Positions 14,825 to 22,662 of a stretch of 37,247 nt of DNA are shown here, in pieces (position 1 is the stretch's first letter; every line of letters starts with the position of its first letter). Location of the stretch: assembly GCA_964478455.1 (NCBI GenBank), contig CAYZJD010000003.1:1-37247 (forward strand), in the 5' to 3' direction. A program made the position numbers and the translations under genes. Source of the stretch: an uncultured Solibacteraceae bacterium (lineage in GTDB: Bacteria > Acidobacteriota > Terriglobia > Bryobacterales > Bryobacteraceae). The notes under the pieces were generated by a model. The model had not been told where the DNA came from. It saw only the letters and a program-made list of their open reading frames with translations, and searched no databases.

Positions 14825-15700
14825 TCACACGTAGCTAAGCACGAGACCGCGCACGATCAGATACCATCCGTCCACGAGCACGAACAGCAGCAGCTTGAAC
14901 GGCAGCGAGATCACGCTCGGCGACAGCATGCTCATGCCCATCGCCAGCAGAACGTTGGCTACGACCATATCGATGATCACGAACGGCACGAAAACCAGGA
15001 AGCCGATCTGGAAGGCCTCTTTGAGCTCGCTGGTCACAAAGGCCGGAATCAATATCTGGAAGTCGTTCTTGTCGAGCTGGCGCGAGGGCTGGCGGGGCTC
15101 GGAGGGCGCCGGAGGCGCCTGCGCCGCCGCCTGGGCCGCCTGTGCCACGCCAGCGGCTAGCGGCGGGGCCGTCGCCGGCTGCTGTCCCACTTGCGGAGCC
15201 GTTGCGGGCTCCTGTGACGCCGGCGGGGCCGGCCGGCGGTCCAGCCGCGCCGCCAGTTCCATGAACAGAACACGGTCGGTGGCGTGGCTGTGCCGCGACA
15301 GGAATTGCCGCAGAGGCTCCCTGCCCTTCCCGGCCGCGTCGAAGAGGTTTCTTATGCTGCCTTCAGAGAAAATCGATGGACTTGACCCGATGGCGCCCGC
15401 CGCCTGGTACATCTCCCGCGCCACCGGCGTCATGATGAATATCGTCAGGACGAACGCCAGCCCGGTGATGATCTGGTTGGGCGGGACCTGCTGCGTTCCC
15501 AGCGCGTTGCGCAGGATGGAAAGCACCACCGATATCTTGACGAACGACGTCAGCATGATGACCACGAAGGGCGCCAGCCCCAAGGCGCCCAGCACGATCA
15601 CCATCACCACCGGGTTAGTCAGTTGCCCTCCCCCGGATGCCTGCGCCGATGCCGTTCGAGCCAACAGCAGCAAGCCACAGACGGCAAACAAGTTCTTCAT
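14825..15700 (-). CDS. sctR: T3SS export apparatus protein SctR (FliP/YscR family) with N-terminal signal peptide and a low-complexity insertion
   Basis: Conserved LIPAFVTSELKEAFQIGFLVFVPFVIIDMVVANVLLAMGM block. N-terminus MKNLFAVCGLLLLARTASAQA looks like a cleavable signal. A Pro/Ala/Gln-rich insert covers residues about 155-208. Confidence 0.92.
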   Translation of the reverse strand: MKNLFAVCGLLLLARTASAQASGGGQLTNPVVMVIVLGALGLAPFVVIMLTSFVKISVVLSILRNALGTQQVPPNQIITGLAFVLTIFIMTPVAREMYQAAGAIGSSPSIFSEGSIRNLFDAAGKGREPLRQFLSRHSHATDRVLFMELAARLDRRPAPPASQEPATAPQVGQQPATAPPLAAGVAQAAQAAAQAPPAPSEPRQPSRQLDKNDFQILIPAFVTSELKEAFQIGFLVFVPFVIIDMVVANVLLAMGMSMLSPSVISLPFKLLLFVLVDGWYLIVRGLVLSYV

Positions 15701-15713
15701 ATGACTCCCCCGA

Positions 15714-16127
15714 TCAGGTGTCTTTCGAGCGTTTCAGCCCTCTCAGCAGCCGGCTGAAATCCCCCTCCTGCCTGGGTTGCGCGGATTGCTCCTGGAGATA
15801 GGCCTCCAGGCTCTGTGAGTCCAGCCTCGTCAGGTAATGAATGTCACCCTCCGAGGTGCCGACCAGAAAGAAATCGCCGCCGGCTTTGATGATGTAGAGC
15901 GCCTTCCTCGGCTCCAGCGGATAGCGGGCGACCACGCGAATCGGACCACCAGCCAGGCGTTTGAAACCCATCATGCGCGGGATCCAGAACCGCGTCGCCA
16001 CATAGGCCAGAATAAGAATCGCCGCCAGAACCAGCAGCAGCTTGAGATAGTCCAGAATCTGCGTGTTGAGCGCGCCGACCTGCTGGGCCGGGTCCGCGAT
16101 CTGTGACATGAGCAGGATGGTCTTCAC
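15714..16127 (-). CDS. FliO-like single-pass membrane protein
   Basis: 137 aa with one TM helix (LKLLLVLAAILILAYVATRFWI). This is followed by IRVVARYPLEPRKALYIIKAGGDFFLVGTSEGDIHYL, which matches the FliO-family pattern (v..l.Lg.k..l.lv.vg...lLlGvt...i..L). Located between the FliN-like (sctQ) and FliP-like (sctR) genes, as fliO is in flagellar operons. 4-nt overlap with sctQ. Confidence 0.55.
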   Translation of the reverse strand: MKTILLMSQIADPAQQVGALNTQILDYLKLLLVLAAILILAYVATRFWIPRMMGFKRLAGGPIRVVARYPLEPRKALYIIKAGGDFFLVGTSEGDIHYLTRLDSQSLEAYLQEQSAQPRQEGDFSRLLRGLKRSKDT

Positions 16128-17689
16128 GTAACTCTCCAGGAGAGTATCCGGACGCCCAGCCTCCCATCCACATCGACCAGTTCCCCGTCACCCACGATCT
16201 TGCCGTTGATCGCCAGTTGGACCGGGTCCGTCTTCGACCGGTCCAGCTCCAGGATCGTACCGCGCACGAGGCCGTTGGCTTCCGTCAGCGTCAGCTCCTT
16301 CTCGCCCAGCACAACATGGAGGCGGATGGTGAGACGGCTGAAGTCGGGAACCGCTTGCCCGCTCGCCGCCTGCTCGCCCTTGCCGGTATCGTCCATCAAG
16401 ACACTCCTCTCAAAGTAGTTGTCGATCTCCAGAGTCCAAGGGTTGTCCTTCTTCGGCGCTGCCTTCCATCCGCGGCTGAAGTCGCCCGGGAACAGCAGCT
16501 CGCCGTCGGAGGTGAAAAGAAGAATGTCGGAGGGTTCCACCCGCCGCAGTTCGTCCGCGGTCAGTTCCACATAGCCCGTCGATGCCGTGAAGCGGAACGA
16601 AATCGCCGGCGGAAACCGGACTTCGGCGCCGGCGGGCGCCTCTGCCTCCATCGCCGCCAGCAGCTCGTAGGGGAAGTAGAGCCGAAAGGCCTCCGTCAGC
16701 CCGCTCAATTCCATGGAGAACGCCAGCGCGATCCCACGGCTGTCCGGAGCAAACCGTGAGGGCCCAGAGCAGGACGCAAGCGCATACTGGAATGGAAACC
16801 GCAGCCCGCGATTGGCTCTCTCGATCACCGACAGCAAGATGAACTCCAGGAGCCCGTCGTCGGATGGTGTGATGCCCGCTTCCGCTCCCTCGAGTCCGAC
16901 CGGCTGGAGCAGGAGGTTGACGAGCTCCGACAGAAAAGACCGCCGCGCTTCCAGACAAGCCGCCTTCCCGATGGGATGCACCAGCACGAAGTACGCGGCC
17001 GCGCCCGCCGTCGCCGCGCCGCGGAATTCCTCCCAGGCCATCGAGCGGGCCCGCGGAGACGAGACTCGCACTTGCGACTCCGGGATCCACGTCTCCTTGT
17101 ACCTCACCGTGAACGAGTACGGGAACATGGTGAAGCGGTCGCCCGAGCGCAGCACGTGCGGCTGCCGCGCCTGCAATCTCTTCCGGTCCACGTACGTCCC
17201 GAGGGAACTACCGAGGTCTTCCAGCAGGTACTGCCCGTGCTCGAGAAAGATCCGCGCGTGGTTCGTGGCGATCGCCGTCGCCGGCAGAACCAAGTCATTG
17301 TCCGCCCCCCGGCCGATGCGGTACTCCTCCTTCTCAATGACCAGTTCCCGCTCATCCTGTTGAGGCTGAAGGCTGTAAGTCTGCAAGAGCACGAGCTGTC
17401 GCGCCCCCGGACGGGCCAGCAACTCGCCGAAAACCTCCGACACCCACCCTTGCCAGTCCTGATAGCCGGGAAACGAGCGGCAAAACCAGTTCCACAGGCG
17501 GACCTCCTCGCGCGTGTGGGCGGCGAGGCCCTCGAAACGGTAAGGAGGAGGGCCTTTCATGGCGTTGCTATCGGGATCCCTCTCCACGGCGGACGCCGGG
17601 CATCGTTCTCGCGCCCGTGCTTCATCGCCTTCCTTGGCCGCCGCGTCCCTGGCCTCCTCGTTGCTGGCCGCCCCGCTCTTCCCGACCAC
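16124..17689 (-). CDS. sctQ: T3SS cytoplasmic sorting platform protein SctQ (FliN/SpoA C-terminus) carrying an internal FHA domain
   Basis: C-terminal SpoA/FliN domain (LTIRLHVVLGEKELTLTEANGLVRGTILELDRSKTDPVQLAINGKIVGDGELVDVDGRLGVRI). FHA signature at residues about 112-196 (YRIGRGADNDLVLPATAIATNHARIFLEHGQYLLEDLGSSLGTYVDRKRL...GDRFTMFPYSFTV). The start is uncertain: GTG at 17689 overlaps sctP, and ATG at 17560 is the alternative. Confidence 0.85.
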   Translation of the reverse strand: MVGKSGAASNEEARDAAAKEGDEARARERCPASAVERDPDSNAMKGPPPYRFEGLAAHTREEVRLWNWFCRSFPGYQDWQGWVSEVFGELLARPGARQLVLLQTYSLQPQQDERELVIEKEEYRIGRGADNDLVLPATAIATNHARIFLEHGQYLLEDLGSSLGTYVDRKRLQARQPHVLRSGDRFTMFPYSFTVRYKETWIPESQVRVSSPRARSMAWEEFRGAATAGAAAYFVLVHPIGKAACLEARRSFLSELVNLLLQPVGLEGAEAGITPSDDGLLEFILLSVIERANRGLRFPFQYALASCSGPSRFAPDSRGIALAFSMELSGLTEAFRLYFPYELLAAMEAEAPAGAEVRFPPAISFRFTASTGYVELTADELRRVEPSDILLFTSDGELLFPGDFSRGWKAAPKKDNPWTLEIDNYFERSVLMDDTGKGEQAASGQAVPDFSRLTIRLHVVLGEKELTLTEANGLVRGTILELDRSKTDPVQLAINGKIVGDGELVDVDGRLGVRILSWRVT

Positions 17690-18335
17690 GTTCCTGCCGC
17701 GGCGGTTGCGGATCGGACTGCACCTGAACGCTGCCCACTTTCAAACCCCGCATCGTCAGCGCGTGAGCCAGCGTTTCCACGTTCCTGTTCAGGAACTGCG
17801 CCACCTGATCGGACCGCGTGAGGAACTGAACCGAGATCTGGCCCTCGCTCTTTCCGATGTGAATCCGCAAGCCTTCCAGCGTGTGCGACTGAAGCTCGAT
17901 CCGCACTTCGCTCTCGCCCCGCGCGTTGACCGCCACCACTACCTCGCGGACCAGGTCCTGAATCGCCCGGGATTCCAAAAGCCGACTCGGACCCTCCGTC
18001 TTGCGAACCTCCGGTGGAAGCGGCTGTTGCCCCAGGGCGGGCGAAGGCTGCCGCAGGCGTCCCGCTTCTTCCTCGGCCGCAAGACGCGGGCGCTCTTTGT
18101 CGATAGCGCCTTCGAGCAGCTCTGCCTCTCCGGTTCCTTTTTCCTTCTCCTTTTCTTTCGCCTCGCCCGCACCTTCGGCCGTTTCTTTTCCGGAGCCAGT
18201 TTTCAGTTCCTGGCGGGGAGTGGTCTTCTTGGCGAGTACCTTGGCGAATCCGCCCGGCTGCCTGGGCGCGGTCGCCGGTTCATCCTGCCTGGCAGGCACG
18301 GCGGGCTGCGACGGGGGAGTGTCATGCACCTTCAT
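17622..18335 (-). CDS. sctP: SctP / FliK-like length-control and substrate-switch protein
   Basis: 237 aa with a disordered Pro/Glu/Lys-rich N-terminal half. The C-terminal segment EVRIELQSHTLEGLRIHIGKSEGQISVQFLTRSDQVAQFLNRNVETLAHALTMRGLKVGSVQV matches the FliK/YscP C-terminal (T3S4) domain pattern. Canonical position between sctO and sctQ. Confidence 0.65.
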   Translation of the reverse strand: MKVHDTPPSQPAVPARQDEPATAPRQPGGFAKVLAKKTTPRQELKTGSGKETAEGAGEAKEKEKEKGTGEAELLEGAIDKERPRLAAEEEAGRLRQPSPALGQQPLPPEVRKTEGPSRLLESRAIQDLVREVVVAVNARGESEVRIELQSHTLEGLRIHIGKSEGQISVQFLTRSDQVAQFLNRNVETLAHALTMRGLKVGSVQVQSDPQPPRQERGREERGGQQRGGQGRGGQGRR

Positions 18336-18829
18336 GTCGATTGCCTGTTCCGCATGAACAGGATGTTGCCGATCTCATCCTGCTCGAGCGCCTCTTTCCT
18401 TTCGGCCTCCGCGAGAAACCGTCGCTCCAGCTTCGAGCGGTGCTTCGTCAGAATCTCCACCTGCCGCGTACATTCAGCTACCTGTCGCCGGGCGTTCTCC
18501 AGCCGCTCCTCGGCCTCCTCAATGACGATCTTCTGCGAAAAGACCGCATCCCGCGCCGTCTCCACGTCTTGCCCCAAAGCGCGCAGGCGCTCGACGCGCC
18601 GCCGGATCTCGTCTCCCGTCACCGGCCGCTCGCTACCGCCATCGAGCAACGAGCGCCTCAATCCGTCGCGCTGGGCCGCGAGCTGTTCTTCCTTTTTCCT
18701 CAACTCTTCGAGCTTCTGCCTCTCCGCCCGCAACTCCTTCTGGCGCTCGGCAAGCGCCTCCTCGGCTTCCTCCTTCTCGCGGCTCTTCTGATCCAGCAGC
18801 GGCTGGAGGCGGTAACGAAACGTAGCCAC
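18332..18829 (-). CDS. sctO: T3SS stalk protein SctO (FliJ/YscO family)
   Basis: 165-aa coiled-coil protein starting FRYRLQPLLDQKSREKEEAEEAL... like FliJ-family proteins. Positioned right after the ATPase gene. Confidence 0.7.
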   Translation of the reverse strand: MATFRYRLQPLLDQKSREKEEAEEALAERQKELRAERQKLEELRKKEEQLAAQRDGLRRSLLDGGSERPVTGDEIRRRVERLRALGQDVETARDAVFSQKIVIEEAEERLENARRQVAECTRQVEILTKHRSKLERRFLAEAERKEALEQDEIGNILFMRNRQST

Positions 18830-18851
18830 ACTCTCTCCACGCTAGCGCGGC

Positions 18852-20180
18852 TCAATTCATGAACATCTTCTTCAAACCCGCGACCGTGTCCGGGAACCCG
18901 ATCCTTTCGCGCGTTCCCTGCTTCAGAAACGCCGTGATCTCGTCGATCTTCTCAATGGCGTAGTCCACCCGTGCATCGCTCCCCTTCTCGTAAGCGCCGA
19001 GCAGAATCAGGTCCTTCTGCTTTTCGTAAGTGGCCAGCACCTCCCGCATTTTGCCCGCGGCCTTGCGATGCTCGGGGTCGGCCACCGAGCTCATCACGCG
19101 GCTCACGCTATCCAGCGCGCTGATCGCCGGATAGTGGTTCTGCGCCGCCAGGTCGCGCGACAGGATGATATGCCCGTCGAGAATGGAACGCACTTCGTCC
19201 GCGACCGGCTCGTTCATGTCGTCGCCGGCCACCAGCACCGTGTAAAAGGCGGTGATCGACCCCTTGTCCGAGTTGCCCGCCCGCTCGAGCAGCTTCGGCA
19301 GCTCCGCGAACACGGACGGCGTGTAACCGGCGCGCGCCGGCGGCTCCCCGCACGCCAAGCCCACCTCCCGCTGGGCCCGCGCGAACCGCGTCACCGAGTC
19401 CATCATCAGCATGACTTTCTTACCCTGGTCGCGGAAATACTCAGCGATCGCCGTACCGACGTACGCCCCCTTCAGCCGCACCAGCGAGGGCTTGTCGGAA
19501 GTGGCGCACACCACCACCGACCGCTGCATCCCCTCCGGGCCCAGGTCGTGCTCCAGAAAATCCCGCACCTCGCGGCCGCGCTCGCCGATCAGCGTGATCA
19601 CGTTCACCTCAGCCTCGGTGTTTCGCGCGATCATCCCAAGCAGTGTGCTCTTTCCGACACCGGCCGCCGCGAACAGGCCGATCCTCTGCCCCTCCCCGCA
19701 CGTCAGCAGCGAGTCGATGACCCGGATCCCGATCGAGATCGGCTCCGTTACCCGCTTGCGTCGCAGCGGATCCGGCGCATGCCCGTAAACCGGATACTCC
19801 TTATCGCAATGGAGCGGCCCGCGCGTCTCCGTGTCCATCGGTTCGCCGAGCCCGTTGAGCACCCGGCCCAGCAGCCCGTCGCCCACCTTCACCGTCAGGC
19901 AATTGCCCGTCGGCACGACGTCGCTCTGCGGCCCGATGTCCACCAGGTCGCCGAGCGGCATCAGCAGCGCATCGCTGCCCTGAAAGCCGACCACCTCCGC
20001 CTTCACCGGAACGCTCGATCGCGGGTTGTAGATCAAGCACAGCTCGCCGACCCACGCTTCCGGAACCGAGGCCTTCACCAGCAATCCCACCACTTCCTTG
20101 ACCCGGCCCTTCACCTGGACCGGGGCCGCGTGTTCGACCTCTTCCAGATACTTGCCGAGATCGATGACTTTGCTCGCCAT
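18852..20180 (-). CDS. sctN: T3SS ATPase SctN (FliI/YscN family)
   Basis: 442 aa. Walker [16 protein letters not shown] and Walker [14 protein letters not shown], with F1-beta-like organisation. TAATG overlap with sctL. Confidence 0.97.
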   Translation of the reverse strand: MASKVIDLGKYLEEVEHAAPVQVKGRVKEVVGLLVKASVPEAWVGELCLIYNPRSSVPVKAEVVGFQGSDALLMPLGDLVDIGPQSDVVPTGNCLTVKVGDGLLGRVLNGLGEPMDTETRGPLHCDKEYPVYGHAPDPLRRKRVTEPISIGIRVIDSLLTCGEGQRIGLFAAAGVGKSTLLGMIARNTEAEVNVITLIGERGREVRDFLEHDLGPEGMQRSVVVCATSDKPSLVRLKGAYVGTAIAEYFRDQGKKVMLMMDSVTRFARAQREVGLACGEPPARAGYTPSVFAELPKLLERAGNSDKGSITAFYTVLVAGDDMNEPVADEVRSILDGHIILSRDLAAQNHYPAISALDSVSRVMSSVADPEHRKAAGKMREVLATYEKQKDLILLGAYEKGSDARVDYAIEKIDEITAFLKQGTRERIGFPDTVAGLKKMFMN

Positions 20181-20809
20181 TACTTTTTAGCCGCTCGCAG
20201 GAGGATCTCCTCCATGCACTTCAACTGCGTCTCCAGTCGCGCATCGATGACTCCCAGGTCGCTCTCCACGATGCACCCGCCCGGAGCCACCGAATCATTC
20301 GCCACAATGTGGATGTCGCGGGAAGACCCCACGACCTCTTCCAGTTTGCCGATGTGGCGCCGCACTTCCTCGAGGTGCGCGGAATTCACCTGGATCGACA
20401 GGGACCGCTCGCGCCGCACACTCCGCAGCGCTTCCCTCACGATGCCGACGATCGTTTCGGGCGCCGACGCAAGCTGCCCGCCAATGATCTTCTCGGCGAT
20501 CCGCACCGCCAGCCGCACCAGTTCCGCCTCGTAATCCTTCTCGAGCTTCGCCGCCGCCTCATGCGCCGAGGCGAGCGCCGCGTTCCACTGGCGCAAGCCT
20601 TCCTCGTAGCCATCCTCTCTGGCTTTGGCCAGGATCGCCTCTCGCTGGCGGCCGGCCTCTTCGAGCACTTCGGCCGCTTGCTGGCGCGCCATCTGCACAA
20701 TGTCCCGCGCCTCCAGCGTGGCCGAGAAGATTTCCTTCTTGACGACCTTCTGCCCGGGTATCGCCGCCGGCTCGGCGGTGGGCTTAGCCTTGATGATCTT
20801 CTCGTCCAT
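20180..20809 (-). CDS. sctL: T3SS stator protein SctL (FliH/YscL family)
   Basis: 209 aa. Charged coiled-coil N-terminal half ([32 protein letters not shown]) and FliH-like C-terminal domain. Immediately upstream of, and overlapping, sctN. Confidence 0.75.
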   Translation of the reverse strand: MDEKIIKAKPTAEPAAIPGQKVVKKEIFSATLEARDIVQMARQQAAEVLEEAGRQREAILAKAREDGYEEGLRQWNAALASAHEAAAKLEKDYEAELVRLAVRIAEKIIGGQLASAPETIVGIVREALRSVRRERSLSIQVNSAHLEEVRRHIGKLEEVVGSSRDIHIVANDSVAPGGCIVESDLGVIDARLETQLKCMEEILLRAAKK

Positions 20810-21089
20810 GCGACCCCCGGAGGAACTCGCACGCTGCCCGCCGCAGCCACGGCGGCGCCCCTTCCAGTCCGCCTCCCCAACGATCTCGCGCGGCGCGCCA
20901 AGCCGCCTGCGCCTCCGACTGGCGGAGGCTGCGGAGGCGGTTTTTCCACTCCGCCGGTTCCAGTGCTGCCGCTTCGTCGAGCAATCCGCGAACTACCCTC
21001 TGGCCGGGCTCCGCCAGCAACGCCAGGACCGGCTCCAGCCGCTCCCGACCCTTCAGCAAACCGAGATAGCAGAACGCCGCTTCCCTCAA
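20784..21089 (-). CDS. Hypothetical small protein in the SctK position
   Basis: 101-aa ORF with a 4-nt overlap (ATGA type) with the sctJ stop and a 26-nt overlap with the sctL start. No motif recognised, and shorter than known SctK proteins. Confidence 0.35.
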   Translation of the reverse strand: MREAAFCYLGLLKGRERLEPVLALLAEPGQRVVRGLLDEAAALEPAEWKNRLRSLRQSEAQAAWRAARDRWGGGLEGAPPWLRRAACEFLRGSHGREDHQG

Positions 21090-21907
21090 CGCCGCCCGGC
21101 TCCTTCCGCCACGCTTTCGGCCGGCAACTGGCGCCGCTGCGCCATTGTCGTCAGCTCGTTTTCAAGCCGCCCCACTTTCGCGCGCAGCCGGTTGGCCCGC
21201 AAGGCCAGGCCAATACATCCGAGCCCTGCGATCACGGCCAGCGCCAGCGACACGACGGTGACTTCCTGGTTGCCGAGATACCAGGAGACATCGCGCGGCG
21301 GCACCGTCTTCGGCTCGATCTTCTTGTACACCACCGCCACGTTCTCCGGCTGCAAGCCTTCCACTCCCCGGGCCACAAGACTCCTGATCTCTTCCTCTTT
21401 GAGCGGAAGCTGGCTGCCCTGGTACTTCACCAGCACCGACGCCGTGGTGGGCTTTCTGTCCTCCCGGTCCATCAGCGGGCTGTTCTCCGGCAGCACCACG
21501 TGTACCCGCGCGTCCACCACGCCCGCCACCGACTTCAGGGTCCGGCTGATTTCTCCGGACAGCCCGACGATCAGCCGCGCCTTCTCCTCACCCGCCGTCG
21601 GGATCATCCCGCCGCCGGGGAAGGCTTCCGATAGTCCCTTAACCTTCTCGCGCGGCAATCCGTTCTCCTGAAGGATCCGCCAGGCCAGCACCAGGTTCTG
21701 ATCGCCTCCTTTTACTTTCACCGTCCACAGCGGGCCTTCTTTCTGCTCGCCGCCCACTTCCCGCTCGCGCGCGGCATCCAGCCCGTGCTCCTTGAGCAGA
21801 ACGATGATCTCCTGTGCCTCCTGCTCGCTCAGGCCCGTTTGGAGCTCCTGCTTCAGACAGCCCGTCAGCACCGCCAGGATCAGCACCACCCATAAGCACT
21901 TGCGCAT
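21086..21907 (-). CDS. sctJ: T3SS inner-membrane ring lipoprotein SctJ (YscJ/PrgK family)
   Basis: Start trimmed to the ATG at 21905-21907, preceded by GGGAGAGGAG. Signal peptide and lipobox MRKCLWVVLILAVLTGC. YscJ-like LSEQEAQEIIVLLKEHGLDA, plus a C-terminal TM helix (VTVVSLALAVIAGLGCIGLAL). Confidence 0.88.
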   Translation of the reverse strand: MRKCLWVVLILAVLTGCLKQELQTGLSEQEAQEIIVLLKEHGLDAAREREVGGEQKEGPLWTVKVKGGDQNLVLAWRILQENGLPREKVKGLSEAFPGGGMIPTAGEEKARLIVGLSGEISRTLKSVAGVVDARVHVVLPENSPLMDREDRKPTTASVLVKYQGSQLPLKEEEIRSLVARGVEGLQPENVAVVYKKIEPKTVPPRDVSWYLGNQEVTVVSLALAVIAGLGCIGLALRANRLRAKVGRLENELTTMAQRRQLPAESVAEGAGRR

Positions 21908-21978
21908 GTTCTCCTCTCCCGATGAGGACGCCGGGCCCGGCTCTTCCGACACATCCGAAACCGGCCCGCGCGAGGCAC

Positions 21979-22527
21979 TTATACCTGCGTCTGTAGAATG
22001 GATTTAATTCCGGAATTGACCTGCTCCACCACCTTGCTCACCAACTCGATGTTCTGTGTCATCTGGTAAATCTGCATCTGTACTTTCAGTAAGTCGCGAG
22101 GGTTGTTCGTTCCGGCGAGACCGTTGACTAATTCTCCCGTCGCCTTGAAGTTCGCCTCGATGGTGTTCAGCCGCTGCCGGATCGGATCGAACGCCGATGA
22201 CTTCGGGAGGGCATTCACCTGGCGGGTCAGCCCGTCCATCCTCACCTGCGTGCGCTTCATGTCCACCTTGAACACTTCTCGCGGCGACCGCGAGCGCCCC
22301 GCCTGCATCCGTCTCCGCAGATCGCTTTCCAGGACCCGCGTCTGCTGGGCGGAAACTTGCGTGACCTGCGGAGGGAGATTGTAGGGCACGTTCAGACGGT
22401 CGTCCTGAAGGTTGCTCCGGATCTGGTCGAACTTTGACGGCCCCCCCTTCTCCGTCGCGGCCGTCCCGAAGTCCTGCTTCGGGGTGATCGCCCTCACAGC
22501 GCCTTTGCTGATGATCGGATCCGCCAT
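21979..22527 (-). CDS. sctI: SctI-like inner rod protein (YscI/PrgJ family), enlarged
   Basis: 182 aa. The C-terminus DLLKVQMQIYQMTQNIELVSKVVEQVNSGIKSILQTQV aligns by eye with the YscI C-terminus as I recall it (DLMLMQWSLIRITIQEELIAKTAGRMSQNVETL). Sits directly upstream of sctJ, as in ysc/psc loci. Confidence 0.6.
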   Translation of the reverse strand: MADPIISKGAVRAITPKQDFGTAATEKGGPSKFDQIRSNLQDDRLNVPYNLPPQVTQVSAQQTRVLESDLRRRMQAGRSRSPREVFKVDMKRTQVRMDGLTRQVNALPKSSAFDPIRQRLNTIEANFKATGELVNGLAGTNNPRDLLKVQMQIYQMTQNIELVSKVVEQVNSGIKSILQTQV

Positions 22528-22635
22528 ACTCCCCTGCCTGGGCTATACTAGCGCCCGCTCCCGCGGGCGTCCGGCGTCGTCATTCCTGGCCGGCGCTGGC
22601 CGCACAACTGTCCCCCGGCTAGCGGTCGTCTCCAA

Positions 22636-22662
22636 TTATCGGCCCACCCGGAGCAAAGTTTC
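22636..22662 (-). promoter_or_regulatory. Sigma-28 (FliA)-type promoter reading into sctI
   Basis: Minus strand reads GAAACTTT-N11-GCCGATAA against the enterobacterial consensus TAAAGTTT-N11-GCCGATAA. The -10 element matches 8/8 and the extended -35 matches 6/8, with exact spacing. The -10 overlaps the last codons and the TAA stop of the FliA-like gene. The sctI ATG lies about 100 nt downstream. Confidence 0.6.

Noticed and set aside
21908-21952. Upstream ATG for sctJ (MSEEPGPASSSGEEN extension)
   Set aside because: The extension would bury the lipoprotein signal peptide. The internal ATG at 21907 has a strong GGGAGAGGAG ribosome-binding site and yields a canonical signal peptide plus LTGC lipobox.
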